NCBI GenBank assembly: GCA_024400635.1
Contig: JAKSMI010000003.1
Location: 1,076-65,075, forward strand
Length of the DNA stretch: 64,000 bases
Source: Bacteroidales bacterium
Lineage (GTDB): Bacteria; Bacteroidota; Bacteroidia; Bacteroidales; WCHB1-69
Reading direction: 5' to 3'
The notes under the pieces were generated by a model that was not told the origin of the DNA, ran no database searches, and was given only the letters and a program-made list of their open reading frames with translations. A program made the translations under genes and the position numbers. Of this stretch, positions 46,637 through 56,017 are shown one piece after another (the stretch's first letter is position 1; each line of letters starts with the position of its first letter).

Positions 46637-46720
46637 AATTATATATTGTTTTTATTTAACTGTTTTAATGATGAAAAGGGAAAGGCTGCCAACCGCAGCG
46701 ATTCCCTTGTCGTGTTTTGA

Positions 46721-46981
<261 letters not shown>

Positions 46982-47006
46982 TTAGTTTTAAGTGAATAAA
47001 TTTATG

Positions 47007-48152
47007 TTATTGCATAACAATTTCTGAGTTTTTCTCTTCGTGATGCGGCTCCTCAATTGCCATTCCGATATAGATGGCTGAAAGCAGCGTGAACACGAAG
47101 GCCTGGATGAAGGCCACCAGTAATTCGAGGAGACCCATAAACAGGTAAAAGAAGATGGAAACGGGAGAAACCGCATAACCAATGGCGGGACTCATCGCTC
47201 CGAAAATGAATATCAAACCCAAGAAACCCAACACGATGATGTGGCCTGCCGTAATGTTGGCAAAAAGTCGGATCATCAAAACAAAAGGCTTGGTAAACAC
47301 ACCGATGAATTCAACGATGGGCATCAATGGAATAGGAATTTTCAGCCACCAAGGAACGCCGGGGGCATTGAAAATATCTTTCCAGTAATGCTTGTTTGCC
47401 GAAATGTTGGTGATGAAGAACGTGATGATAGCCAAAACAGCCGTAACGGTAATGTTGCCTGTCAAATTCGCACCACCAGGAAAAATAGGAATCAAACCCA
47501 TCAAATTGTTGACCAAGATGAAAAAGAACAAGGTCAGCAGGTATGGGAAGAATTTCTGGTATTTATCTTCACCAATAGAAGGGATAGCGATGTCGTCACG
47601 AACAAACAAAATCAAAGGTTCGAGCAGCGACTGCAAGCCTTTGGGCGCCTTCATCGGACCGTCTTTGTAACGCTTTGCCACAGAGAGGAATATCCAGCAT
47701 AACAGAATGATGGAAACAAGCAAAGCACACACGTTTTTGGTAATGGATATATCGTATTTGCAAACGTGATCGATAGGATAAACGACGCCTTCCTCCAATT
47801 CACCGCTGTAGTCGGCATATTCGCCGCCCAACTTAACGATGGATCCAGACGTTTCTTCGGTAAAGCCCAAAGCATAGCCGTTGTAGGCCTTTTCTCCATG
47901 GTGCAACTTGCCAGATGAGAAGCAGGTCAAACCATTATCAATCAAAATAACGGGCAATGGAACGGAAATGGAATGGTCATTGATGGTGGTGATATGCCAT
48001 CCATATTCATCGGTGATGTGACCCATAATGTACTCTCCGGGAACGAATTCTTCTTCTTCCGCCTTAGCATTCTGCGAGAAAATGGGAGAAAAAATGAAAA
48101 AAATGACAAGAACAAGGCTTGTTGCCACCTGTCTGATTTTTCCGTAAGTCAT
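47007..48152 (-). CDS. atpB: F0F1 ATP synthase subunit a (long Bacteroidota form)
   Basis: Conserved LMIRLFANITAGH arginine motif. N-terminal extension with signal-like helix. 381 aa. Confidence 0.88.
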   Translation of the reverse strand: MTYGKIRQVATSLVLVIFFIFSPIFSQNAKAEEEEFVPGEYIMGHITDEYGWHITTINDHSISVPLPVILIDNGLTCFSSGKLHHGEKAYNGYALGFTEETSGSIVKLGGEYADYSGELEEGVVYPIDHVCKYDISITKNVCALLVSIILLCWIFLSVAKRYKDGPMKAPKGLQSLLEPLILFVRDDIAIPSIGEDKYQKFFPYLLTLFFFILVNNLMGLIPIFPGGANLTGNITVTAVLAIITFFITNISANKHYWKDIFNAPGVPWWLKIPIPLMPIVEFIGVFTKPFVLMIRLFANITAGHIIVLGFLGLIFIFGAMSPAIGYAVSPVSIFFYLFMGLLELLVAFIQAFVFTLLSAIYIGMAIEEPHHEEKNSEIVMQ

Positions 48153-48523
48153 AATATATCAGTTTGTTATACGAGTTATCAATTACTATGCCCTTTGTTT
48201 TTTTTAGAGCCCTCTAATATACGTTTTTTTTGAATACCGACTCTGCCTTTTTCTATTTTATTTAAACCATGACCATAGAGACGGCGTGCGCGCCGTTTCT
48301 ATGGTTGAATATTGTCTTCCCAACAAAGGAGGCCATCCAGGAATCTCTTGCCCGCAGCACCAGGCAAGTTGGGTGACTCATAGTCAAAGTCAGGACAGAA
48401 AAAAATCGGATTCATTAAGAGTTACAATTTTTTCAACTATTTTTGTATGCGAAAAAATGGTTGACTTTTTATTAGATTAAATTCATAAAAACTGAAAGTC
48501 CCAGTAAAGAATAAGGAGGCATA

Positions 48524-50323
48524 ATGAAACATATCAGCAAAAAATTATTTTTAACACTTTTTACGAGCATCAATTTTATCGTTTTAACGTTTTTTGTGAC
48601 GATTAACGCGTCTTTTGCACAAACTCATCCCGTTAAAATTTCTAAAAATTGCAATTTCTTCCAATATCAAGTCTATGATTACGGGGAAAGCATCGATACA
48701 TCCTTAACCAACATACAATTGGGGATCCATCAGAATTACCGCATTTTTACCCCACAGAAAAAAGGACCTTTTGTGCCTGGCTATGCTACCGAAAACACAA
48801 TTGTCAGTTGTGCTCAAGATAGCGTTTTCAATTATTATCAATTTGAAGGAAATGACAACGATTGCTATTGGGTTACCACGGCATTCAGTCGCAACGACAT
48901 CGAATTTGACACCGCCAAAGTCAACGGACTGACACGCTACACCTGCCACATCAACAGCAACAAAATGGAATTTTACGTTCAAGATTATCCAGTGGACATC
49001 AATCCGATTCCATACTATGGTCGATTCGGGGGTCTGCTGGTCAGCTTTTGGCGAAACGGTCAAGTAAAGATGCGACTGCATCAGACTTCTTTTGTCAGGG
49101 AAAATTGGGAATCTTCGGATTTTCTTTCTAAATCTGGCAATCTGCAAAGAGTCAATGCTCGTCAAATGTCGCAAATCAAGAAGGAGAAACTGGTCATCAC
49201 GCACCGTATTTTCGACCAAGTGCAATTGAACTGGGGCAAGGCCAACGACCATATCAATGACAATCAAATCACGTCAATTCCCTATGACAGCGTTTTGCAT
49301 TATGCCGGCGGCACATTAGCGTTAAAAAAGGTTAAATTACCCGCTTTACCAAAGCACTACCAGACGTTCATCGAACTGCACCAGCAATCGAATGGCGATG
49401 CCTACGACCGCACCGGAAGTGTTTTTGTAATTCCGCAAGGCTATTTCGGGCCCACATTTTTTGACGGCATTAACCAGCACCCTGATTCTCTGCCTTTATT
49501 TTACGACAAAAATGGAGGAAAATATCAAGGCATTGCCTATAAGCGCGAAGAAATTGGCGAATGGGTGGTGTATTACCAGCCGCCCGTGGAACTGATGCGT
49601 TTCTTTACGCCGTTTGGCGTAGGCCATTTCAACGACCGCGTAAAAATCGACGGATTAGAATGGGAAGACAAGACCTTTTACAAGCAGGAAGTTACTGACC
49701 TCAGTGGCTATTTGCAAGGCGACGACGTACTGATTGGCGTTTGGATTGGCAACTACGACGGCGGTGGGCACAAGGTCACCCTCGACATCAAATCCTACCC
49801 TGGCGATGACATCTGGACAGATGACAATTCTCTTGGCGACGACGAAATTTGCAAGTCGCTGTTTAACACTTGCAATGTGTTGGAAATGGCCGGGCAGAAT
49901 TACGGCAAATTATTCGGCACAGACACGCTGTTTGTCGATTTTTATCTTCACAATCCCGAGAATGCGCGTTTGCGTTTCATCAGCACGGGACATGGCGGCT
50001 GGGAAGGCGGTGACGAATTCAACCCCAAGCCCAACACCATCCTCATTGATGGGAAAGTGGAGTATATCTACACCCCTTGGCGCCAGGATTGCGGATGCTA
50101 CCGCGAATGGAATCCAGTGAGCGGCAATTTCTGGAACGGCATGTCAAGCAGCGACTATTCGCGTAGCGGCTGGTGTCCCGGCACTGCCACGCAACCCGTC
50201 TATTTCGACCTCAGCCATCTGCCTGCCGGAAAGCACACCCTTGGCATCGCCATCCCGCAAGGCGAATCGCAAGCCGGCAGCTTCAGCCACTGGTCCGTAA
50301 GTGGAGTGCTGCTGGGGAACTGA
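48524..50323 (+). CDS. secreted peptide-N-glycosidase F (PNGase F)-related protein with an extra N-terminal domain
   Basis: The C-terminal pattern ISTGHGGW.GGDEF...C......NP..GNFW.....SRSGWCPG and the earlier DAYDRTGSVFVIP resemble Elizabethkingia PNGase F blocks (SGWGH...CAEWC...NP..GNW..DRAGWCPG; DEWDRYANVYV). Signal peptide present. Confidence 0.6.
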   Translation: MKHISKKLFLTLFTSINFIVLTFFVTINASFAQTHPVKISKNCNFFQYQVYDYGESIDTSLTNIQLGIHQNYRIFTPQKKGPFVPGYATENTIVSCAQDSVFNYYQFEGNDNDCYWVTTAFSRNDIEFDTAKVNGLTRYTCHINSNKMEFYVQDYPVDINPIPYYGRFGGLLVSFWRNGQVKMRLHQTSFVRENWESSDFLSKSGNLQRVNARQMSQIKKEKLVITHRIFDQVQLNWGKANDHINDNQITSIPYDSVLHYAGGTLALKKVKLPALPKHYQTFIELHQQSNGDAYDRTGSVFVIPQGYFGPTFFDGINQHPDSLPLFYDKNGGKYQGIAYKREEIGEWVVYYQPPVELMRFFTPFGVGHFNDRVKIDGLEWEDKTFYKQEVTDLSGYLQGDDVLIGVWIGNYDGGGHKVTLDIKSYPGDDIWTDDNSLGDDEICKSLFNTCNVLEMAGQNYGKLFGTDTLFVDFYLHNPENARLRFISTGHGGWEGGDEFNPKPNTILIDGKVEYIYTPWRQDCGCYREWNPVSGNFWNGMSSSDYSRSGWCPGTATQPVYFDLSHLPAGKHTLGIAIPQGESQAGSFSHWSVSGVLLGN

Positions 50324-50350
50324 ATGATGAAAGAATTGCAAAACTTAATT

Positions 50351-50375
50351 TCTCAGTTTCTTAATTTCTTAATTT
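50351..50375 (-). repeat. inverted short copy of the YTAAGAAA microsatellite (about 3 units)
   Basis: The reverse complement reads aaaattaagaaattaagaaactgag. Confidence 0.7.
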
Positions 50376-50382
50376 TAAAATT

Positions 50383-50390
50383 GTATCTTT
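50383..50390 (+). promoter_or_regulatory. candidate -7 box (TATCTTTG) for ansA
   Basis: TAnnTTTG match 26 nt upstream of the ATG at 50416. Confidence 0.5.
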
Positions 50391-50415
50391 GCAAATTGTT
50401 TTAGAATCTTAATTC

Positions 50416-51444
50416 ATGAAAAAGAAAATATTAATCATATACACGGGCGGCACCATCGGTATGATTCAAAACCAAGAGAATGGAGCCTTAGAGCCTTTCG
50501 AGTTCAGCGACATTTATTCTCAGCTTCCCATGCTGAAGCTGATTAACGGGGACATCGATTTCAAGACTTTGCTTCCGCTCATCGACTCTTCGGACACGAA
50601 CCCGGACTTTTGGATTCGCTTGGCCAATTTCATCGGTGAAAACTACAACAACTACGATGGTTTTGTCATTTTACACGGCACCGACACCATGGCCTATACC
50701 GCATCGGCACTGAGTTTCATGCTTGAAAATCTGGCGAAGCCCGTCATCTTAACAGGTTCGCAATTGCCTCTGGGCGTGGTCCGTTCCGACGGTCGCGACA
50801 ACATTATGGCAGCCGTGGAAATTGCCACCGACGAATTCGAAGGCGAGCCCCGCATTCAGGAAGTGTGCATTTATTTCGAGAACGGGCTTTACCGCGGCAA
50901 CCGCACCTACAAAGCCAATGCCGAGAAATTCAATGCTTTCGCCTCGCCGAATTTCCACAAAATCGCCAAGGTTGGCGTTAGCATCACCTACAATTTGAGC
51001 GACATTCACTACAAAAACACAGGGCTTCCGTTGATAGTCCATACAGAATTGGATTCCCACATTGCCCTCATAAAATTGTATCCCGGCATTCAAACGCAAA
51101 TGCTGCGTTCCGTGCTGACAATTCCAGATCTGCATGGGGTAGTTCTCGAAACTTTCGGTGCCGGCAATGCACCCTCTGACGAAAATTTCCTTTCACTCAT
51201 CAAGGAAGCTTCTGAAAAAGGCATCGTCTTTGTGAATGTCAGCCAATGCAAGGATGGCGGTAGCGTGAAGATGGGGCTTTACGAAGCCAGCGTCGGACTC
51301 AACAAGTGCGGTGTTGTCAGCGGTGCCGACATGACTACCGAAGCAGCCGTCTCGAAGTTAATGTATCTTTTCGGAACGAAAATGCCTATTGAAGAGATAA
51401 AATACTGGCTCCAACGTCCCATCCGAGGAGAGATGACGGTATAA
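50416..51444 (+). CDS. ansA: type I L-asparaginase
   Basis: IIYTGGTIGM catalytic threonine motif, HGTDTM, and 342 aa without a signal peptide. Confidence 0.88.
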   Translation: MKKKILIIYTGGTIGMIQNQENGALEPFEFSDIYSQLPMLKLINGDIDFKTLLPLIDSSDTNPDFWIRLANFIGENYNNYDGFVILHGTDTMAYTASALSFMLENLAKPVILTGSQLPLGVVRSDGRDNIMAAVEIATDEFEGEPRIQEVCIYFENGLYRGNRTYKANAEKFNAFASPNFHKIAKVGVSITYNLSDIHYKNTGLPLIVHTELDSHIALIKLYPGIQTQMLRSVLTIPDLHGVVLETFGAGNAPSDENFLSLIKEASEKGIVFVNVSQCKDGGSVKMGLYEASVGLNKCGVVSGADMTTEAAVSKLMYLFGTKMPIEEIKYWLQRPIRGEMTV

Positions 51445-51455
51445 ATTATTGCAAA

Positions 51456-52472
51456 TCACACCATTCTTTTGGTAAAATTCTTTGGCAGAGAAAAGAAGAA
51501 CTCCAATCCTCCGCCTTCTCTATTATGAGCACTAATGGAGCCTTGATGGAAGGCTATGGAATTCTTCACAATTGACAATCCCAACCCTGAACCTCCAGCC
51601 TGAGAATCACGGCCTTCGTCAACACGGAAAAACCGCTCGAATATCTTATTGACGTACTGTTCCGGAACTCCTTTCCCTGTATCATAATAAACAAAATGCA
51701 GAAATTTGTCTCCTTGGACACTGCACTCGATGTGAATCTCACAAGCTTCACCTCCATACTTTACGGAATTTTCCAACAGATTCCGAAAAAGCGAATAAAG
51801 CAAGCCATAATTACCTGACACAGACAGGTCTATAGGTAATTTATTAATAACCGACTGCTTATTCTGCTCTATCTTTTGAGAAAATTCTTCTGCGATTTCC
51901 TCAACGATATTGAATAAATTAACTTCCTCTATGGAAAATTGTTCTGGAGCTTCTTCTATCTTGTTGATAATGGAAATATCGTTTAAGAGTTCAGACAAAC
52001 GAAGTGTCTGATTGTAAGATCTTTCGATGTAAACACGTCGGCGTTCCTCATCAATATCAGGGTGTTCGGACAAAGTTTCCAAATAACCTCTGATGCTGCT
52101 GACTGGCGTTTTCAGTTCGTGCGAAATATTGTTGGTCATTTGTTGTTTGAGCAAACGTATCCTTTTCTCTTCAGCCTCTTTTGTCTTTTCATTATAACGC
52201 CCCATTAGAAGTATGGCGCACAAAAGCAAAACAACGAAAATCAAAAAGATAGTGACAAGAATCACCCAATTGGAACGAAAAAAATTCTGAGAGTTGGCTA
52301 AAGGTTGTGCCAGACGGATGATTTCGTCACCTTGAAGTTGTTGATAATTGAGTTCAATAGTCGCTTCCACAAAAATAATGCCTGAGGACAGCAACAGAAA
52401 CAGAATAAAAAAAATTATCCAAAGTTTATATTTGTATTTCATGAATTTCATTTTTGGGGATGAAGTAGCCAA
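51456..52472 (-). CDS. two-component sensor histidine kinase (two TM helices, HisKA, HATPase_c)
   Basis: H-box SHELKTPVSSIRGY, N-box LLENSVKY and G2 box GGSGLGLSIV. The start may be the ATG at 52442 (MKYKYKLW). Confidence 0.85.
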   Translation of the reverse strand: MATSSPKMKFMKYKYKLWIIFFILFLLLSSGIIFVEATIELNYQQLQGDEIIRLAQPLANSQNFFRSNWVILVTIFLIFVVLLLCAILLMGRYNEKTKEAEEKRIRLLKQQMTNNISHELKTPVSSIRGYLETLSEHPDIDEERRRVYIERSYNQTLRLSELLNDISIINKIEEAPEQFSIEEVNLFNIVEEIAEEFSQKIEQNKQSVINKLPIDLSVSGNYGLLYSLFRNLLENSVKYGGEACEIHIECSVQGDKFLHFVYYDTGKGVPEQYVNKIFERFFRVDEGRDSQAGGSGLGLSIVKNSIAFHQGSISAHNREGGGLEFFFSLPKNFTKRMV

Positions 52473-53118
52473 AACCTGTCTTGTTTTGAATCATATCGTG
52501 GTACTTTCCAAGCTTGTTGCGAATGCGGGCGATATGAACATCGACAGTTCTGTCCACAATATAAGGCGTTTCTTTCCATAAAATGGAAATAAGTTCAGTG
52601 CGTGAAAAATAGGTACCTGGATGTTGCGCCAAAGTGTAAAGCAAGTCAAATTCCTTTCGGGACAACTCCACTGGGAGACCATCCACCGTGATTTTTTTCG
52701 ATTTTTTGTCTATACACAAGGGTCCTATGACTATAACATCGGAAATGACGTTCGGAATGGTAGTTCTTTTGAGTATTGCCTTAATCCGAGCAAGCACTTC
52801 ATGCAATGAAAACGGCTTTGTGATGAAGTCATCGCCGCCTGTAGAAAATCCTGTCAGCAAATCGTTTTCTGTCGACTTTGCCGTCAAAAAGATGATTGGA
52901 ACATTGTTCTTGAGTTGCTTACGCAAACAATCAGCCATATGAAACCCTGACATTCCAGGAAGCATCACATCCAAAAGAATAAGCGAAGTATCGGGTGTTA
53001 ATATCTCCAAGGCTTCTTCTGCCGAAGCAGCGGCATAAGTTTCATAACCAGCAGCTTCCAGATTGAAAGACAAGATTTCTCGAAGATCCGCTTCGTCATC
53101 AACAATAAGTATTTTCAT
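52426..53118 (-). CDS. OmpR/PhoB-family response regulator
   Basis: Receiver domain (MKILIVDDE ... LLDVMLPGMSG) plus winged-helix output (LSRKEFDLL....VDVHIARIRNKL). Confidence 0.9.
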   Translation of the reverse strand: MKILIVDDEADLREILSFNLEAAGYETYAAASAEEALEILTPDTSLILLDVMLPGMSGFHMADCLRKQLKNNVPIIFLTAKSTENDLLTGFSTGGDDFITKPFSLHEVLARIKAILKRTTIPNVISDVIVIGPLCIDKKSKKITVDGLPVELSRKEFDLLYTLAQHPGTYFSRTELISILWKETPYIVDRTVDVHIARIRNKLGKYHDMIQNKTGFGYFIPKNEIHEIQI

Positions 53119-53137
53119 CTTTTTCCTTTTAATTTTG

Positions 53138-53145
53138 CAAACATA
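53138..53145 (-). promoter_or_regulatory. candidate -7 box (TATGTTTG) for the response regulator / kinase operon
   Basis: The reverse complement of caaacata matches TAnnTTTG, 20 nt upstream of the ATG at 53118. Confidence 0.45.
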
Positions 53146-53275
53146 CAGAAAAAATCAATGTTTCATCACATTGTCAGAAACATTTTGTTACAATTTTGTT
53201 ACAAGAAATCAAGTCTTGTTAAGTTTGGGTTAAAACTTTAACAAATAGCAAATTAACCTTTTTATTGTAGTAATT

Positions 53276-54994
53276 TTGCATTCGAAAAAAAAACAGAAAG
53301 AAGTGAGCATTACTGCAATAATCACCGCATTTTTAAGTTTGTTTGCCGGCATCGGTATTTTCTTGATTGCCTGCCAAATGATGAGTACAAACTTGGAATC
53401 AGCAAGTTCCAACAAGTTAAAATCTTTGTTTTCGAAAGCATCGGGCAGCAAGTTGCTGGGTGTTGGTATTGGGGCAATAGGCACAGCAGCCATTCAAAGT
53501 TCCGGAGCCACCACCGTCATGACCATCGGTTTTGTGAATGCCGGCATCATTTCGCTGACGCAAGCCGCTACCATTATTTACGGTGCAAACATTGGAACAA
53601 CCATCACAGCCCAAATTGTTGCCATGGGCATGTTTGGTGGAGATAGCATATCCACCTCTGTAATATTTTCCGCATTCGTTGGACTTGGGGCATTCATCGC
53701 ACTGTTTGCCAACAAGGATTTTTGGAAAAAAATCGGTGGCATTTTTTCAGGATTCGGTATGTTGTTCGTCGGATTATGTCTGATGAGCAGCTCTATGACC
53801 GATTTCGCCGCCATGGAATCGGTAAAGACCTTCTTGGCAAGCATATCAGATCCATTGTTACTTGTCTTGGTCGGAGCATTGCTCACTGCCATCATTCAGA
53901 GTTCATCGGTGATGACATCCATAGCTCTCGCAATGGTAGTGGCAGGGCTCGTCAATATAGATCAGGGCATTTTTCTGACCATGGGTTCCAACATCGGTTC
54001 CTGCATCGTGGCAATAATTGCAGGTGTGACTTCCGGCCGCAATGCCAAAAGGACCGCTCTCATACACCTGTTCTTCAATGTTAGCGGTGTCGTCATCTTC
54101 TTACTGTTGGAAGGAATTCTATGGCTGATAACGGCAGGTCATTTCTCATATGGTGTGCTGTTCAACCAATGGTTCCCCGGCGTTCCTCAGGTACAGTTGG
54201 CCATGTTCCACACCATATTCAACGTGCTTACAGTCATCATCATGCTACCATTGACAAGTTTGTTGGTTGGCACTGTTTGCAAAATCATCCCGGACGATTC
54301 GTGCCCAGTCGATCCTGACGCGCCCCACTGCTATTTTATCGACGACCATTTATTGTCCACACCGCCTGTTGCACTTCAGCAGACAAAAATGGAAATCATG
54401 AATATGGCATCCTTGGCCAAAGAAAATTTCGATCGTTCATTGCATATCATTTGCTCTATGGACTTTTCTGAAGAATCCAACTTCAAAAAACAAGAAATTG
54501 AATTGAACTTTCTGAATCAAGCCATCATTGATTTTGTGGTAAAGCTATCCGAAAAGATACAGTTGAGCCAACGCGACCGCCAATATATATCCACGACATA
54601 TCGTACGGTTCGTGATTTAGAACGTGTAGGAGATTATGCCGAGAATATTGTTGAATATGCCGATAGTTTACGTGCCAACAATCAGCATTTTTCCCAAAAC
54701 GCAGTAGAAGAGATTCAACAGCTGCGTGCACTGATCAACGCACTGTACGAGCAGATTATGCTGGCCTATAAGAATGAGGATTTCGATGCGTTGGACAAAG
54801 CCTATCTGCTGGAAGACCAAATCGATGATTTGAGCAAGGCCATGGAAGACAACCATATTTTACGCTTAACGGAAGGCATTTGCACGCCAACGGTTGGAGC
54901 TCAGTATTTGTCATTGGCAACGAATGCCGAAAGAATCGCCGACCACTTCATCAATGTTGGTAAAACCATCAGGAGCTATGCGGAGCAGGAATAA
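53276..54994 (+). CDS. Na+/phosphate cotransporter family protein with C-terminal PhoU-like repeats
   Basis: Duplicated NaPi-II motifs (TAAIQSSGATTVMTIGFV / TAIIQSSSVMTSIALAMV) and C-terminal PhoU-type helices (ERVGDYAENI, ERIADHFINV). The TTG at 53276 overlaps a TAATTTTG box, so the GTG at 53303 is a plausible true start. Confidence 0.85.
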   Translation: MHSKKKQKEVSITAIITAFLSLFAGIGIFLIACQMMSTNLESASSNKLKSLFSKASGSKLLGVGIGAIGTAAIQSSGATTVMTIGFVNAGIISLTQAATIIYGANIGTTITAQIVAMGMFGGDSISTSVIFSAFVGLGAFIALFANKDFWKKIGGIFSGFGMLFVGLCLMSSSMTDFAAMESVKTFLASISDPLLLVLVGALLTAIIQSSSVMTSIALAMVVAGLVNIDQGIFLTMGSNIGSCIVAIIAGVTSGRNAKRTALIHLFFNVSGVVIFLLLEGILWLITAGHFSYGVLFNQWFPGVPQVQLAMFHTIFNVLTVIIMLPLTSLLVGTVCKIIPDDSCPVDPDAPHCYFIDDHLLSTPPVALQQTKMEIMNMASLAKENFDRSLHIICSMDFSEESNFKKQEIELNFLNQAIIDFVVKLSEKIQLSQRDRQYISTTYRTVRDLERVGDYAENIVEYADSLRANNQHFSQNAVEEIQQLRALINALYEQIMLAYKNEDFDALDKAYLLEDQIDDLSKAMEDNHILRLTEGICTPTVGAQYLSLATNAERIADHFINVGKTIRSYAEQE

Positions 54995-54995
54995 A

Positions 54996-56015
54996 TCAAC
55001 AAGATCTGCGTTGGCGTAAAATATCTATAGCCAAATAGATAGCGCTACGCAACGACTGCTCATCGGCAATGTTTTTCCCAGCAATATCGTAGCCCGTACC
55101 ATGAGCCGGAGAAGTGCGAACCACTGGCAAACCCGCCGTAAAATTCACACCTTCATTGTCTGCCAACACCTTAAAAGGTGCCATTCCCTGATCGTGATAC
55201 ATCGCCAAAACAGCATCAAACTTGCTAAAGTTTCCAGAACCAAAAAATCCGTCTGCCGGAAATGGCCCGAAAGCATTGATTTTAGCATCAAAAGCCTCTC
55301 GAATGGCGGGCAGAATGATTTGTTCTTCCTCATTACCCAACAAACCATTATCACCAGAATGAGGATTCAACGACAGAACCGCAATGGTTGGATTCGAACA
55401 GCCAAAATCATAAATCAAAGATTGTTTTAATACTTTTAATTTATTAACAATCAATTCTTTAGACAAGTTTGCGGCAACATCGTGAATCGCCAGATGATTG
55501 GTTGCGAAAGCCACTTTCAAACCGGGAGAAACCATCATCATCAAAGCATCATTACATTCAAAAGTAGAAGCAAGAAATTCGGTATGACCAGTAAAATGAA
55601 AATCATCGGACTGGATATTGTTCTTATTGATAGGAGCAGTAACGATGGCATCGAGAAGACCGTTCTTCAAGTCATTGCAAGCCACCTTCAATGCCATGGC
55701 TGCATATTTTCCCGCTATTTCGGTCGATTCGCCCACGTTGACAGGAACTTCAGCATCGGCGAGATTGATGATATTCACCTTTTTCTGTGAAGCTTGATCG
55801 GGAGATTTTATATTCTGGAAAGAAAAATCCTGAATCTGCAACATCTTTTTGTAAAAGCCAACTACCCGTGACTGACCGTACACCACTGGTGTGCAAAAAT
55901 CAAGCAACTTGTTATCAGCTAATGTTTTGATGATAATTTCATAACTCACGCCATTCAAGTCGCCGTGCGTGATGCCGATTCTGAAATTTGTTCTTTCCGC
56001 TGCCATAATATTCAA
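54996..56015 (-). CDS. pdxA: 4-hydroxythreonine-4-phosphate dehydrogenase
   Basis: ITHGDLNGVSYEI, GHTEFL and RTSPAHGTGYDIAGK motifs. 339 aa. Confidence 0.88.
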   Translation of the reverse strand: MNIMAAERTNFRIGITHGDLNGVSYEIIIKTLADNKLLDFCTPVVYGQSRVVGFYKKMLQIQDFSFQNIKSPDQASQKKVNIINLADAEVPVNVGESTEIAGKYAAMALKVACNDLKNGLLDAIVTAPINKNNIQSDDFHFTGHTEFLASTFECNDALMMMVSPGLKVAFATNHLAIHDVAANLSKELIVNKLKVLKQSLIYDFGCSNPTIAVLSLNPHSGDNGLLGNEEEQIILPAIREAFDAKINAFGPFPADGFFGSGNFSKFDAVLAMYHDQGMAPFKVLADNEGVNFTAGLPVVRTSPAHGTGYDIAGKNIADEQSLRSAIYLAIDILRQRRSC

Positions 56016-56017
56016 TT

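Noticed and set aside
48286-48480. 64-aa plus-strand ORF in the atpB / PNGase spacer, considered as a possible small atpI/atpZ-like gene
   Set aside because: It is on the wrong strand for the atp cluster, is not hydrophobic, and starts inside the strong hairpin.
51456-54994. Two-component system divergent from the Na/Pi-PhoU transporter, considered as a novel phosphate-sensing module
   Set aside because: This is an ordinary OmpR/PhoB-type pair next to a phosphate transporter. It is plausible Pho-like regulation but shows nothing unusual in the sequence.
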